54,016 nt of DNA from Anaerolineales bacterium (lineage in GTDB: Bacteria > Chloroflexota > Anaerolineae > Anaerolineales > UBA4823): the NCBI GenBank assembly GCA_034436035.1, contig DAOTVW010000136.1, positions 1 through 54,016 on the forward strand, in the 5' to 3' direction. This document shows, piece after piece, positions 39,664-49,421 of this stretch (positions are counted from its first letter, which is position 1; every line of letters begins with the position of its first letter). The position numbers and the translations under genes were made by a program. A model generated the notes under the pieces. The model had not been told where the DNA came from. It searched no databases and worked only from the letters and a program-made list of their open reading frames with translations.

Positions 39664-40656
39664 TTATTTAATCTGTTCTTGCATGACATGCTCTTGCAAA
39701 TAATGAATTGCTCGCATTGCAGCAGCTGCACCCATTCCCGCAGATGTAATCACCTGTCTGTAAGTAGGATCGGCTGCTTCACCGGCAGCAAAAACACCTT
39801 CGACATTCGTTTGCATTAATCGATCCGTGAGAATGTACTTACCCGAATCCATTTCAAGCTGGCCTTCGAAAAGTTGCGTATTTGGAGCATGCCCGATAAA
39901 CACAAAAACACCATCAATAGGTTGTTTCCACTCTTCTCCAGTCACCACATTTTTAAGTTTTACTTCTTTGACTGCATCATCACCAATAATTTCAGTCAAG
40001 ACAGTGTTTAAAATGAATTTAATTTTGGGGTTTTCTTTCGCTCGTTTTTGTAAGATCGTTCCTGCCCGCAGTGCATCTCTGCGGTGTACGATCGTCACGC
40101 TTTTTGCGTACCGTGTTAGAAATATACCTTCTTCCAGTGCACTATCACCACCGCCAACAACAATGACATCTTTATCTTTGAAAAACCAGCCATCACATGT
40201 TGCACAATAGGATACGCCTTTACCAGTAAGTTCTTTTTCCCCAGGAACGTTTAAGTGTAATGAGGATGCACCTGTAGCAATAATTAACGTTTCGGCTCTG
40301 TAAACCTTGTTATAAGTTACCACTTCAAATGGACGTTGCTGAAGTTTCACTTCTGTTGCAGAATCAAACTCGATTCTGGCACCAAATTTTTCTGCTTGTT
40401 TCTGAAACAATTCAACCAATTCTGTCCCCCCTACCCCTTCCGGGAAACCTGGATAATTTTCAACCAGGTAAGTTAGCGAGACCTGCCCACCTAATTCCAT
40501 GCCTGCTAGTACAACTGGATTCAGGTCTGCGCGCGCAACATAAATAGCAGCGGCCAAACCAGCTGGTCCTGAGCCAATAATCAAAACTTTTACATGTTCC
40601 GTATCTGAGGATGTTGAAGGATTGTTTGAATTGAATCCACTTAAATTAAAAGCCAT
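39664..40656 (-). CDS. trxB: thioredoxin-disulfide reductase
   Basis: IIGSGPAG, redox CATCDG, and the NADPH motif VVGGGDSA. Confidence 0.92.
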   Translation of the reverse strand: MAFNLSGFNSNNPSTSSDTEHVKVLIIGSGPAGLAAAIYVARADLNPVVLAGMELGGQVSLTYLVENYPGFPEGVGGTELVELFQKQAEKFGARIEFDSATEVKLQQRPFEVVTYNKVYRAETLIIATGASSLHLNVPGEKELTGKGVSYCATCDGWFFKDKDVIVVGGGDSALEEGIFLTRYAKSVTIVHRRDALRAGTILQKRAKENPKIKFILNTVLTEIIGDDAVKEVKLKNVVTGEEWKQPIDGVFVFIGHAPNTQLFEGQLEMDSGKYILTDRLMQTNVEGVFAAGEAADPTYRQVITSAGMGAAAAMRAIHYLQEHVMQEQIK

Positions 40657-40761
40657 AGTCCTATCCTTATAAATAAATTCTCAACCTATCGTTTGATGCA
40701 CGAGTCTCAAAAATAGTTACAATCATTATGTCATTTTGATGATAATCATCGTATTATACAC

Positions 40762-40794
40762 AAAAAAGCTATCCTATTTAAGGATAGCTTTTTT
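40762..40794 (-). terminator. intrinsic terminator after trpB2 (symmetrical A/T runs)
   Basis: AAAAAAGCTATCC-TATTTAA-GGATAGCTTTTTT. Confidence 0.75.
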
Positions 40795-40814
40795 CATTTT
40801 TTTATAAGGAATTT

Positions 40815-42188
40815 TTAGGCTGGCAAGGTAACTTTAGGTAAGTCTGCCATCGCTCGGTGGATCTCTTCTTCGGGATAAACGAAGTCATCCAGTTTCCCTT
40901 CAAGATACGCTTGATAAGCAGACATATCGAAGTTTCCATGTCCGGAAAGGTTGAACAAGATAACTCGTTTTTCGCCCTTTTGTTTAGCATCCAAAGCTTC
41001 ATCGATGGCAGCGCGAATTGCATGAGCACTCTCGGGTGCCGGGATAATCCCTTCAGCTCGGCTGAATTGCAGAGCAGCATCAAAGGTAGCCAATTGTTTA
41101 ACCGCGACCGCATCAATGTATCCTGCTTTATACAACGCACTGACACTTGGAGACATTCCATGATAACGTAAACCGCCTGCGTGGATTGGCGCTGGCATAA
41201 AGGTGTGCCCAAGAGTATACATTTTCATTATTGGCGCCATGCGTGCAGAATCCCCATAATCAAATGCATAAACACCACTTGTCAATGAAGGGGTTGCGGT
41301 TGGTTCCACTGCCAATAAACGTGTCTTTTTACCCTCCTTCAAGTTCATCCGTAAGAACGGATAGGCAATACCAGCAAAGTTAGACCCACCGCCAACACAA
41401 CCAATGACCACATCAGGATATTCACCAGCCAAATCCATTTGCATCAATGCTTCTTCACCAATGACAGTTTGATGCAACAGAACATGATTTAACACGCTGC
41501 CCAGGCTATATTTTTTCTTTCCGCCAGAGGTAGCAGCCACCTCAACAGCTTCAGAGATCGCGATCCCTAAAGAACCCGGGGAATTTGGATCTTTTTCGAG
41601 AACCGACCGTCCAAAATTGGTTAAGTTCGTTGGAGAAGCAAAGACTTTAGCGCCAAAGTTTTGCATCATGATCCGCCGATAAGGTTTATTATCGTACGAA
41701 ACCCGTACCATATATACTTCCAAATCGAGGTTAAAGAAATTGCACGCTAACGCCAGTGCAGACCCCCACTGTCCAGCACCGGTTTCTGTGGTCAATGCGT
41801 GAACGCCAGCTACTTTGTTATAAAAAGCCTGTGGAATCGCAGTATTGGGCTTATGACTTCCTGCAGGGGAAACTCCTTCATACTTATAGTAAATATGCGC
41901 AGGAGTATCTAAGGCTTTTTCCAAACGGCGAGCACGGATCAATGGAGTTGGACGGTATAACTTATAGATTTCTCGTACTTCTTGAGGAATTTCAATATAG
42001 CGCTCAGTGCTGACTTCTTGTTGTATTAGTTCCATCGGAAATAAGACAGACAAGAAATCTGGTGTCACCGGCTCTAGCGTTTGCGGATTCAATACTGGTT
42101 CTGGTTTCACCGGCATATCCGCATTGATGTTATACCAGTATTTCGGAAGATCGTTTTCGCTTAGTAAAAATCGAGTTTGTTCAGACAT
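40815..42188 (-). CDS. trpB: TrpB2-type tryptophan synthase beta subunit (stand-alone)
   Basis: Start at AAGGAGGCACAATATG (42188). N-terminus MSEQTRFLLSENDLPKYWYNI, PLP lysine in GSHKPNTA, length of about 457 aa typical of TrpB2. The 50 upstream codons in the ORF track belong to the leader RNA. Confidence 0.88.
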   Translation of the reverse strand: MSEQTRFLLSENDLPKYWYNINADMPVKPEPVLNPQTLEPVTPDFLSVLFPMELIQQEVSTERYIEIPQEVREIYKLYRPTPLIRARRLEKALDTPAHIYYKYEGVSPAGSHKPNTAIPQAFYNKVAGVHALTTETGAGQWGSALALACNFFNLDLEVYMVRVSYDNKPYRRIMMQNFGAKVFASPTNLTNFGRSVLEKDPNSPGSLGIAISEAVEVAATSGGKKKYSLGSVLNHVLLHQTVIGEEALMQMDLAGEYPDVVIGCVGGGSNFAGIAYPFLRMNLKEGKKTRLLAVEPTATPSLTSGVYAFDYGDSARMAPIMKMYTLGHTFMPAPIHAGGLRYHGMSPSVSALYKAGYIDAVAVKQLATFDAALQFSRAEGIIPAPESAHAIRAAIDEALDAKQKGEKRVILFNLSGHGNFDMSAYQAYLEGKLDDFVYPEEEIHRAMADLPKVTLPA

Positions 42189-42219
42189 ATTGTGCCTCCT
42201 TAAAAAGTTTTTTATTTTT

Positions 42220-42535
42220 GAAATTAAAAAGCGCTCATCCCTTGTGGGGACGAACGCTTTATCCGTGGTGCCACCCCGATTAGACTGGTTTAACCAAAAA
42301 TCCCGTTGGTGTTGCAACGGGATATATGCCAGCCTCACTCATTATTGAGTACAGGAATTTCTTTCCGATACTCTTTACCATGATAACGGCGGCTTCGCCG
42401 GCATCAGCTACTTAGCAAGATTGCTGTTCACTTTGCAACTCAGAGACCCATTCAACGTTGTTGCCCATGTGAGCTTCCCACCATCGCTCACTCTCTGGTT
42501 TGGTTGACAACGTTTACTCTTTCTCTTCAACGTTT
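42220..42535 (-). promoter_or_regulatory. T-box riboswitch leader, Trp (UGG) specifier
   Basis: Minus strand read 5'->3'. Stem I has AGAGUA, the AG bulge CCAGAGAG and the distal loop GGUGGGA. The specifier loop is GAA-UGG-G (UGG at 42450..42448). The T-box sequence AAUCGGGGUGGCACCACGG is at 42281..42263. The terminator AGCGUUCGUCCC-CACAA-GGGAUGAGCGCU plus UUUUU is at 42260..42226. Confidence 0.85.
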
Positions 42536-42552
42536 TTTACTTGATTGGTGGG

Positions 42553-42580
42553 ATTATATCTATAATTATTAGAATGTCAA
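42553..42580 (-). promoter_or_regulatory. consensus promoter TTGACA-16-TATAAT for the T-box/trpB2 transcript
   Basis: The minus strand reads cTTGACAttctaataattatagaTATAATccc, immediately downstream of the folA stop. Confidence 0.7.
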
Positions 42581-42593
42581 GTGAAAAATATGA

Positions 42594-43100
42594 CTAAATT
42601 TTAGGGGATTTTCTTTGTAAAATTTTATAGGTAAAGGGATATTCATGTTTTTCATCGATGCCGTGTTCTACCTTTTCGATTTGTTCCCAACTAAGCCAAT
42701 CCACTTTTGGGAAAAAGACATCCGCATTGGTAGTAGCATGAACAATCGTTAAATAAATTCTATCTGCTACTGGTAAAGCTGACTCAAATACTTCTCTTCC
42801 CCCTCCAATGAACACCTCAGTTTCTTTCTCACGAGCTGCAACCTGCAGGGCATCATTTAAATTTGAGACTACTTTTACATCATCCTTAACCGTTTCAATG
42901 GATTTTCGAGAAAGGACAATTATCTTTCTTCCTGGAAGTGGTTTGCCAATGGATTCAAATGTTTTTCGCCCAATGATGAGGTGATGTCCCATCGTAAGGG
43001 ACTTAAACCTCTTTAAATCATCTGGTAAATGCCATGGAAGACGGTTATTGACCCCAATACCCCCGTTTTCATCCATCGCAACAATAATGGAGATGATCAC
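42594..43100 (-). CDS. folA: dihydrofolate reductase
   Basis: [33 protein letters not shown]. Confidence 0.92.
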   Translation of the reverse strand: MIISIIVAMDENGGIGVNNRLPWHLPDDLKRFKSLTMGHHLIIGRKTFESIGKPLPGRKIIVLSRKSIETVKDDVKVVSNLNDALQVAAREKETEVFIGGGREVFESALPVADRIYLTIVHATTNADVFFPKVDWLSWEQIEKVEHGIDEKHEYPFTYKILQRKSPKI

Positions 43101-43891
43101 ACTGCTACCTCCGCTTTGATATGCGGATGAGCCTTGTAATTAATCAATTCAAAGTCTTCGTATTGAAAATCTGAAATCTCTTTAACTTGCGGATTAATTT
43201 TCATAGTTGGCAATGGGTACGGTTCACGAGATAATTGTAGCTTTGCCTGCTCGATATGGTTTCGGTAAAGATGGACATCTCCAAAAGTATGGACAAATTC
43301 ACCCGGTTCAAGATTTGTCACCTGTGCCATCATCATGGTCAACAACGCATAAGATGCAATATTAAATGGTACACCTAAAAACACATCCGCAGAGCGTTGA
43401 TACAATTGACAAGATAATTTTCCATTAGCGACATAAAATTGAAACAAGATATGGCAAGGTGGCAATGCCATTTTATCCAGTTCGCTCACGTTCCAGGCGC
43501 TCACAATCAAGCGTCGTGAATTTGGATTCTGACGAATTTCGTTGATAACCCATTCAATTTGATCTACTATTTTCCCATCTGCGCCTCTCCATGATCGCCA
43601 TTGTGCTCCGTAAATGGGGCCTAAATTACCATTTTCATCCGCCCACTCATTCCAAATTCTTACTCCATGTTCCTGTAAGTAGCGAACGTTTGTATCACCT
43701 TTTAGGAACCATAATAATTCATAGATGACGGATTTAAGATGAATTTTTTTTGTGGTTAATATGGGAAATCCATTTTGAAGATCAAAGCGCATCTGATAAC
43801 CAAACAACGAAAGAGTTCCCACCCCGGTTCGATCCTCTTTCTCAACACCATCATTAAGGATTTTTTGTAACAAATTTAAATATGCTTGCAT
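43097..43891 (-). CDS. thyA: thymidylate synthase (ThyA)
   Basis: DRTGVGT, active-site LPPCH, and the 264-aa canonical length. Confidence 0.95.
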   Translation of the reverse strand: MQAYLNLLQKILNDGVEKEDRTGVGTLSLFGYQMRFDLQNGFPILTTKKIHLKSVIYELLWFLKGDTNVRYLQEHGVRIWNEWADENGNLGPIYGAQWRSWRGADGKIVDQIEWVINEIRQNPNSRRLIVSAWNVSELDKMALPPCHILFQFYVANGKLSCQLYQRSADVFLGVPFNIASYALLTMMMAQVTNLEPGEFVHTFGDVHLYRNHIEQAKLQLSREPYPLPTMKINPQVKEISDFQYEDFELINYKAHPHIKAEVAV

Positions 43892-43932
43892 ACCTCACCT
43901 CAACCATGTTCACTCTGATATAAAATCAACTC

Positions 43933-44868
43933 CTAATCGTTAATCGTTTGAAGTAAATATTGGCGAGAAAGTATGATATCTTGTTGAATTTGTTTAATCA
44001 GTTCATCTTTGGAAGGAAATTTGCGTTCTTCGCGAATGCGGTGCAAAAATTCTAGTGTAATAACTTCACCATAAACATCATCATCGAAATCCAATAAATG
44101 GGCTTCCACTCGTGGTGCAACGGGATTCTCTTCAAATGTTGGACGAACGCCTACGTTCACGACTGCGCCAATTTTATGATTGTGCAATTCCGCTCGACAA
44201 ACATAAACACCTTCCAGAGGGACAACTCGCTCAGCGAGTATCTCCAAATTGGCAGTTGGAACACCTAATGAGCGCCCACGTCCATCCCCCGTGATAATTT
44301 TTCCCCTCAAGCGGAAAGGCTTACCGAGTAATTTATTCACTTTCTCAATATCCCCTGCTGCTAAAATTTTACGCAGTAAACTTGAGGAGACAATTTCTCC
44401 ATCTATTTTCAGTGCAGGTACAACTTTTAAGGAGTATTTATATCGAGCACTTAATTCTTCAAGTCTCTTTACATTCCCTTCACGGTTTCGTCCTAAGGCA
44501 AAATCATATCCCACGATTAATTCAGAAAAATTAAGCTTATTTTTTAAGCGTTGGATAAATTCTTCTGCGCTTAGTTGAGCTATCTCATGGTTGAATGGAT
44601 GAGAAATGACAATATCCACCCCCAAATTTCCTAAATCTTCTGCCCGCTCCTCTGGTGTTGAGAGATAATATCTTCCCTCGCGTTTTCCTAATACTTTCGC
44701 TGGATGTGGATAAAATGTTACAACAACCGCAGGTTTATGGTTTTGATGGGCACCGTGAGTCAATTGACGAATGATCTCTTGGTGCCCACGATGAACACCA
44801 TCAAATGTACCAATAGACAACCACGAATCGGTTACAAAAACATCGTCTAGCGACCAGTAATGTTGCAT
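43933..44868 (-). CDS. ribF: bifunctional riboflavin kinase / FMN adenylyltransferase
   Basis: GTFDGVHRGH in the N-terminal domain. The C-terminal kinase domain has GRSLGVPTANL. Confidence 0.92.
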   Translation of the reverse strand: MQHYWSLDDVFVTDSWLSIGTFDGVHRGHQEIIRQLTHGAHQNHKPAVVVTFYPHPAKVLGKREGRYYLSTPEERAEDLGNLGVDIVISHPFNHEIAQLSAEEFIQRLKNKLNFSELIVGYDFALGRNREGNVKRLEELSARYKYSLKVVPALKIDGEIVSSSLLRKILAAGDIEKVNKLLGKPFRLRGKIITGDGRGRSLGVPTANLEILAERVVPLEGVYVCRAELHNHKIGAVVNVGVRPTFEENPVAPRVEAHLLDFDDDVYGEVITLEFLHRIREERKFPSKDELIKQIQQDIILSRQYLLQTIND

Positions 44869-44919
44869 GCTGTTTTCGGCTTATCAACGTTTATCAAGCA
44901 ACCCATTAGAATGCAAAGG

Positions 44920-45825
44920 CTACAAGAAAAACACTTTGCGGGGTTGCCATTCATTCGTTTCCGCATCAAACTCCAACAAGGCAACAAGGTCGCCTTGTTC
45001 ACTTACACCACGCGCCCAGCCTTTTGAATTAGGTTCTCCCGGCACACGATGGCCATGGCGCACCAATTCAACTTGATCAGCATCTAATTCCACTACTGGC
45101 CAATCCGCCAGAGCTTCGGCAGCGGGGATAAGATTACGATACCAGGTACCATTTTCAAAGGACTCCTGTAATTTCCGTAATGGTATGGCATCTCGCAAGG
45201 TAAAACGTCCGCTTTTCGTTCTCCTCAAACCAATTAAATGTGCACCACAACCTAATTCTTTTCCAAGATCATTTGCCAATGAGCGCACATAGGTTCCTGA
45301 AGAGCAGTAAACATCAATGACCACTTCGGGAGGCGCCCATTCAATGACTTCTAGGCTATACACTTGAATCAGTCGAGGTTCTAAATCTACTTCTTCTCCC
45401 TCTCGCGCAAGGTCATAAGCTTTTTTCCCTTTGACTTTTACCGCTGAATAAGGTGGGGGTACCTGTTCGATTTCACCCACAAACTTTTGTAAAACTTCAT
45501 TGAACTTTTCTTCGGTAATTGACTCCCAAGCAGCAGAATCAGTAACTGTCCCTTCAGAGTCGTAAGTATCGGTAGAACTGCCAAGCCGGATTGTTGCCTG
45601 GTAACGCTTATCTGACGCGGAAACATATTCACTCAACCGCACAGCCGGACCGATCAAGACAACCAAAACACCAGAAGCGCGTGGATCTAATGTGCCGGTA
45701 TGACCAGCCCGTCTGATTCCGGTCCCTTTCCGGATAATCTGAACCACATCATGAGAAGTTAATCCAATTGGTTTATCAACTACCAACACACCTGATACAA
45801 TATTTTTCATTTGTTCCATGCTCAT
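44920..45825 (-). CDS. truB: tRNA pseudouridine(55) synthase
   Basis: VVDKPIGLTSHDVV, catalytic GHTGTLDP, and a PUA-like C-terminus. Confidence 0.92.
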   Translation of the reverse strand: MSMEQMKNIVSGVLVVDKPIGLTSHDVVQIIRKGTGIRRAGHTGTLDPRASGVLVVLIGPAVRLSEYVSASDKRYQATIRLGSSTDTYDSEGTVTDSAAWESITEEKFNEVLQKFVGEIEQVPPPYSAVKVKGKKAYDLAREGEEVDLEPRLIQVYSLEVIEWAPPEVVIDVYCSSGTYVRSLANDLGKELGCGAHLIGLRRTKSGRFTLRDAIPLRKLQESFENGTWYRNLIPAAEALADWPVVELDADQVELVRHGHRVPGEPNSKGWARGVSEQGDLVALLEFDAETNEWQPRKVFFL

Positions 45826-45842
45826 AGTTTCACCCTATTTGT

Positions 45843-46820
45843 TTATGATGTTTGCAGAGTCCTCTCTGCATCAAATAATTGCTGATATGTTTTTTCAAGT
45901 ATATTTTCAATGATTGTATTGAGATCACCACTAATTTCTGCACCTGAGGCAGCTGGATGTCCACCACCACCATATTGCATTGCAATCGTGGAAACATCTA
46001 AACCAGAAATTGCCCGCCAACTGACTTTCACATTGCCGTTTGGTTGTTCAACAAATATTATACTAACCTTTGCATCATTAATGGAGGAAAGGACATTAAT
46101 AAGATCAGCGTCATCCTTTCCAGAGTATCCAACTGCTTTTCGATCTTCCATAGTTAATACCGTCCACACAATTGGACCTTTGCGGGCAAGCCGCGATAAA
46201 CCCGCTCCCCAGAACCGCATCGCTTCAAATGAACGGTAATATAGACCATGGGCATACAAACTAACTAAATCAGCGCCATACTCCATTAAATCTGCCGCCA
46301 ATCTTAACACAGAGGGTTTCATATTTGAGGTACGGAAGCCAATGGTATCCGTGATAATTCCGGTCAATAATGCCTCGGCAACTTCCTTATTGAACATTAA
46401 ACCCCATTCTTTCAAATGAGTAGCGATAATTTCTGAAGTGGCTACTGCATCTGGTTCGATTAGGTTAATATCAGCGTAGCCCTCATTGGTTATGTGATGA
46501 TCAATATTGATATCCCAGTGAAATCCATTTTTACCTAAGACGCCAATACGAGACACATCAGAACAATCTACGGCAATGGCTAGATCATAGGTACCGTTTA
46601 TTTTATTGGATATTAGTGAACTGCCCTTCAAGTGATGAAAATTATATGGGACAGGGTCATCAATATACATTTGCACATTTTTCCCATTATTTATCAAAGC
46701 CATTCCTAAACCGATTAATGATCCAATCGCATCTCCATCGGGACGAATATGAGTAACGATTAATATATGATTTGCTTGGCGAATTCTTTGCGCGATTAAG
46801 TTGGTAACTGCGGCAGACAT
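45843..46820 (-). CDS. nrnA: DHH/DHHA1 phosphoesterase (NrnA-like oligoribonuclease/pAp phosphatase)
   Basis: HIRPDGDAIGS, IDHH, GGGHPAASGA. Confidence 0.8.
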   Translation of the reverse strand: MSAAVTNLIAQRIRQANHILIVTHIRPDGDAIGSLIGLGMALINNGKNVQMYIDDPVPYNFHHLKGSSLISNKINGTYDLAIAVDCSDVSRIGVLGKNGFHWDINIDHHITNEGYADINLIEPDAVATSEIIATHLKEWGLMFNKEVAEALLTGIITDTIGFRTSNMKPSVLRLAADLMEYGADLVSLYAHGLYYRSFEAMRFWGAGLSRLARKGPIVWTVLTMEDRKAVGYSGKDDADLINVLSSINDAKVSIIFVEQPNGNVKVSWRAISGLDVSTIAMQYGGGGHPAASGAEISGDLNTIIENILEKTYQQLFDAERTLQTS

Positions 46821-46823
46821 AAC

Positions 46824-47198
46824 TTAACTTTCAATCCCTTCACGGTCTTGACTCTGCGTTTTCAGTGAAGCAATGATTCTCTCAATTGCTTCTGCTTTTT
46901 CAGGAGTCGGATCCCAATGGAAACGCAAACGTGGGAATATGCGCAATTCAATTTGTTGGGATAATGTGTACCGAATAAACCCTTGCGCATGTTCTAAGCC
47001 AGCTAATATTTCTTCCGAACGCACTTTCCCTTCAACAGCCGATACATAAATATCTGCGTATGCTAATTCACGATCGACACGCACATCGGTGATGGAAACA
47101 CCTTCCAGGCGTGGATCGGAAATTTCTTTAATCAAGAGTTCCGATAACTCCTCTTTTATCCGATCCGAAATTCTTTCTAATCTAATTTTTGAGACCAC
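46824..47198 (-). CDS. rbfA: ribosome-binding factor A
   Basis: GTG start behind AGGAG. RbfA pattern (RISDRIKEELSELL..DPRL...TDVRVDRELAYADIYV). Confidence 0.9.
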   Translation of the reverse strand: MVSKIRLERISDRIKEELSELLIKEISDPRLEGVSITDVRVDRELAYADIYVSAVEGKVRSEEILAGLEHAQGFIRYTLSQQIELRIFPRLRFHWDPTPEKAEAIERIIASLKTQSQDREGIES

Positions 47199-47210
47199 CG
47201 TTAAAATCTC

Positions 47211-49019
47211 CTAAAATACATCTTTGCTGATAGCTGCTTTTTCAATGATGAAACATTCTAATGTATCACCTTTTTCAAAAGCATCAAAACCTTTTACTCC
47301 AATTCCGCATTCAAAACCCTGTTTAACCTCACGAACATCTTCGGTTAAATGTTTTAGGGATGATATGCTACCTTCACCGATTAATTCCCCTTTACGTAAT
47401 ACCCGTATTCTTGCATTGCGGCGTATTTCTCCATCTGTGACATAACAGCCAGCGATATTGCCTACCTTTGAAATATGAAAAACTGCTCTAACCTCGGCAT
47501 GGCCTATTACGACTTCTTTCTCTTCTGGTTCAAGCATACCTTTCAAAGCTTTTTCGACATCTTCTGTTAAGCGGTAAATAATATCATATAATCGTATCGA
47601 AACACCCTCTGCTTCAGCCATATTTCGTGCCGCGGTATCAGCTTGGACATTGAAACCAATAATAACTGCGTTCGAGGCAGAAGCAAGCATGACATCACTT
47701 TCGCTAATATTACCAGTTTCAGCGTGGAGAATGTTTACATTGATATCTCCTTTGCTTAATTCCTTCAATGAGGAAACAATCGGCTCTAGAGATCCTTGTA
47801 CATCTGCCTTAATGATCAGCCGTAACTCCGGAATATCTCCAGCTTGAAAACGGTCAAATAATTGCTCCAAGGTAACTGCCTTTTTTGCTGCGGTTTCTGC
47901 GGTTTTTTGAGTTTGCGTTCGTTCCATTATGATGGCACGGGCATCTTTTTCCGAATCCACCACCTCAAACATTTCACCAGCTTGAGGTACATCATTGAGA
48001 CCCATCACCGAAACAGGGGTTGATGGTCCTGCTTTCCGAACCTTTTTCCCTGTGTGATCAAACATCGCTTTAATACGCCCATAAGAGGTTCCGGCAATAA
48101 CTACATCTCCAACTTCTAATGTGCCATTTTGTACCAGCAATGTTGCTAGCACACCTTTTGCCCGGTCAACTTTCGCTTCGATAACTGTTCCAATAATTTT
48201 CCCGCGCGGGTTTGCCTTGATGTCCATGTTATCGGCGACAAGCAAAATAGCTTCCAACAAATCTTCTAGACCCTTCTTTTGCTTAGCAGAAATTGGAACA
48301 ACAATCGTATCGCCATCCCATTCATCAGGTACCAAACCTATTTCAGCTAATTGCTGTTTCACCCGATCGACATCCGCATTGGGTTTATCGATTTTGTTCA
48401 GTGCTACAATGATTGGGACATGAGCTGCTTTTGCGTGAGCAGCTGCTTCTTTTGTTTGCGGCATGACCCCGTCATCTGCAGCGACGACTAAAACCACAAT
48501 GTCAGCTCCTTGTGCACCACGTGCACGCATGGCAGTGAAGGCAGCATGTCCTGGTGTGTCCAGGAATGTTATTAAGCGTCCATTATGTTCAATTTGATAG
48601 GCACCGATATGCTGCGTAATACCGCCTGCCTCAGCGCCAGCGACATTTGTATGGCGGATCGCGTCTAACAAAGTCGTTTTTCCATGATCGACATGGCCAA
48701 GAATGGTTACAACCGGTGGACGATTAACCAGTTGAGAAGCATCTTCAGAAAGAATAATACGCCGCCAAAGCGGAATTTCTCCGAAATCTTCTTTCTTTTC
48801 CGCTTCCTCAACCTCTAAGGTTGCTTCATATCCCATCTCTGCTGCAACAATTGCAGCAGTATCGAAATCAATTTGTTGATTGATGTTCGCCATGACTCCA
48901 TTTGCCATTAATTTCTTAATCACATCAATCGGACTAACATCGATGACCTTTGCAAGGTCTCGGATGGTAATCGTTGCGGGTAGCTGAATGCTTTTTACGC
49001 TCTGCCCATTATTACTCAT
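47211..49019 (-). CDS. infB: translation initiation factor IF-2 (short N-terminus)
   Basis: Start at GGAGGAGGTAAAAATATG (49019). [17 protein letters not shown] and NKID G-domain motifs. Confidence 0.93.
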   Translation of the reverse strand: MSNNGQSVKSIQLPATITIRDLAKVIDVSPIDVIKKLMANGVMANINQQIDFDTAAIVAAEMGYEATLEVEEAEKKEDFGEIPLWRRIILSEDASQLVNRPPVVTILGHVDHGKTTLLDAIRHTNVAGAEAGGITQHIGAYQIEHNGRLITFLDTPGHAAFTAMRARGAQGADIVVLVVAADDGVMPQTKEAAAHAKAAHVPIIVALNKIDKPNADVDRVKQQLAEIGLVPDEWDGDTIVVPISAKQKKGLEDLLEAILLVADNMDIKANPRGKIIGTVIEAKVDRAKGVLATLLVQNGTLEVGDVVIAGTSYGRIKAMFDHTGKKVRKAGPSTPVSVMGLNDVPQAGEMFEVVDSEKDARAIIMERTQTQKTAETAAKKAVTLEQLFDRFQAGDIPELRLIIKADVQGSLEPIVSSLKELSKGDINVNILHAETGNISESDVMLASASNAVIIGFNVQADTAARNMAEAEGVSIRLYDIIYRLTEDVEKALKGMLEPEEKEVVIGHAEVRAVFHISKVGNIAGCYVTDGEIRRNARIRVLRKGELIGEGSISSLKHLTEDVREVKQGFECGIGVKGFDAFEKGDTLECFIIEKAAISKDVF

Positions 49020-49124
49020 ATTTTTACCTCCTCCAAAATTCGGTTGTCGTCGGCTAGAAGGCAGGCGCAACTGCGATATTCTAAATCGAATGCATCAAGC
49101 GATTATTGATCTCATTGTAAATAT

Positions 49125-49406
49125 TTATTCAGGTAAATTCCTGGCAAATTCCATTAATCGCTCATGCTCTTCTGCCGTTATTTCTGTCTTTAATGCCCGA
49201 GCCAGGTTTCCTTTCAACCCTAACTCCCAACAACTTTTTTGATCGTGGAGATAGGCTCCTCTGCCTGGCTTTTTTCCGGTTGGATCGATTTCAATTCCGT
49301 TTACACCTCGAACAATACGAATTAAATTCCTTTTTGGTTGCACCTCACGACAACCTACGCAAGTTCGATAAGGTATATGCTTCGGTTTTAATCCTTTTTT
49401 TGCCAT
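49125..49406 (-). CDS. ylxR: YlxR/DUF448 family RNA-binding protein
   Basis: PYRTCVGCREVQPKRNLIRIV and GRGAYL. Confidence 0.88.
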   Translation of the reverse strand: MAKKGLKPKHIPYRTCVGCREVQPKRNLIRIVRGVNGIEIDPTGKKPGRGAYLHDQKSCWELGLKGNLARALKTEITAEEHERLMEFARNLPE

Positions 49407-49421
49407 CTCTTAAGGTAATTA

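Noticed and set aside
42189-42338. 50-codon N-terminal extension of trpB2 in the ORF track.
   Set aside because: It covers the T-box terminator and antiterminator and lacks an SD. The real start is the SD-preceded ATG at 42188.
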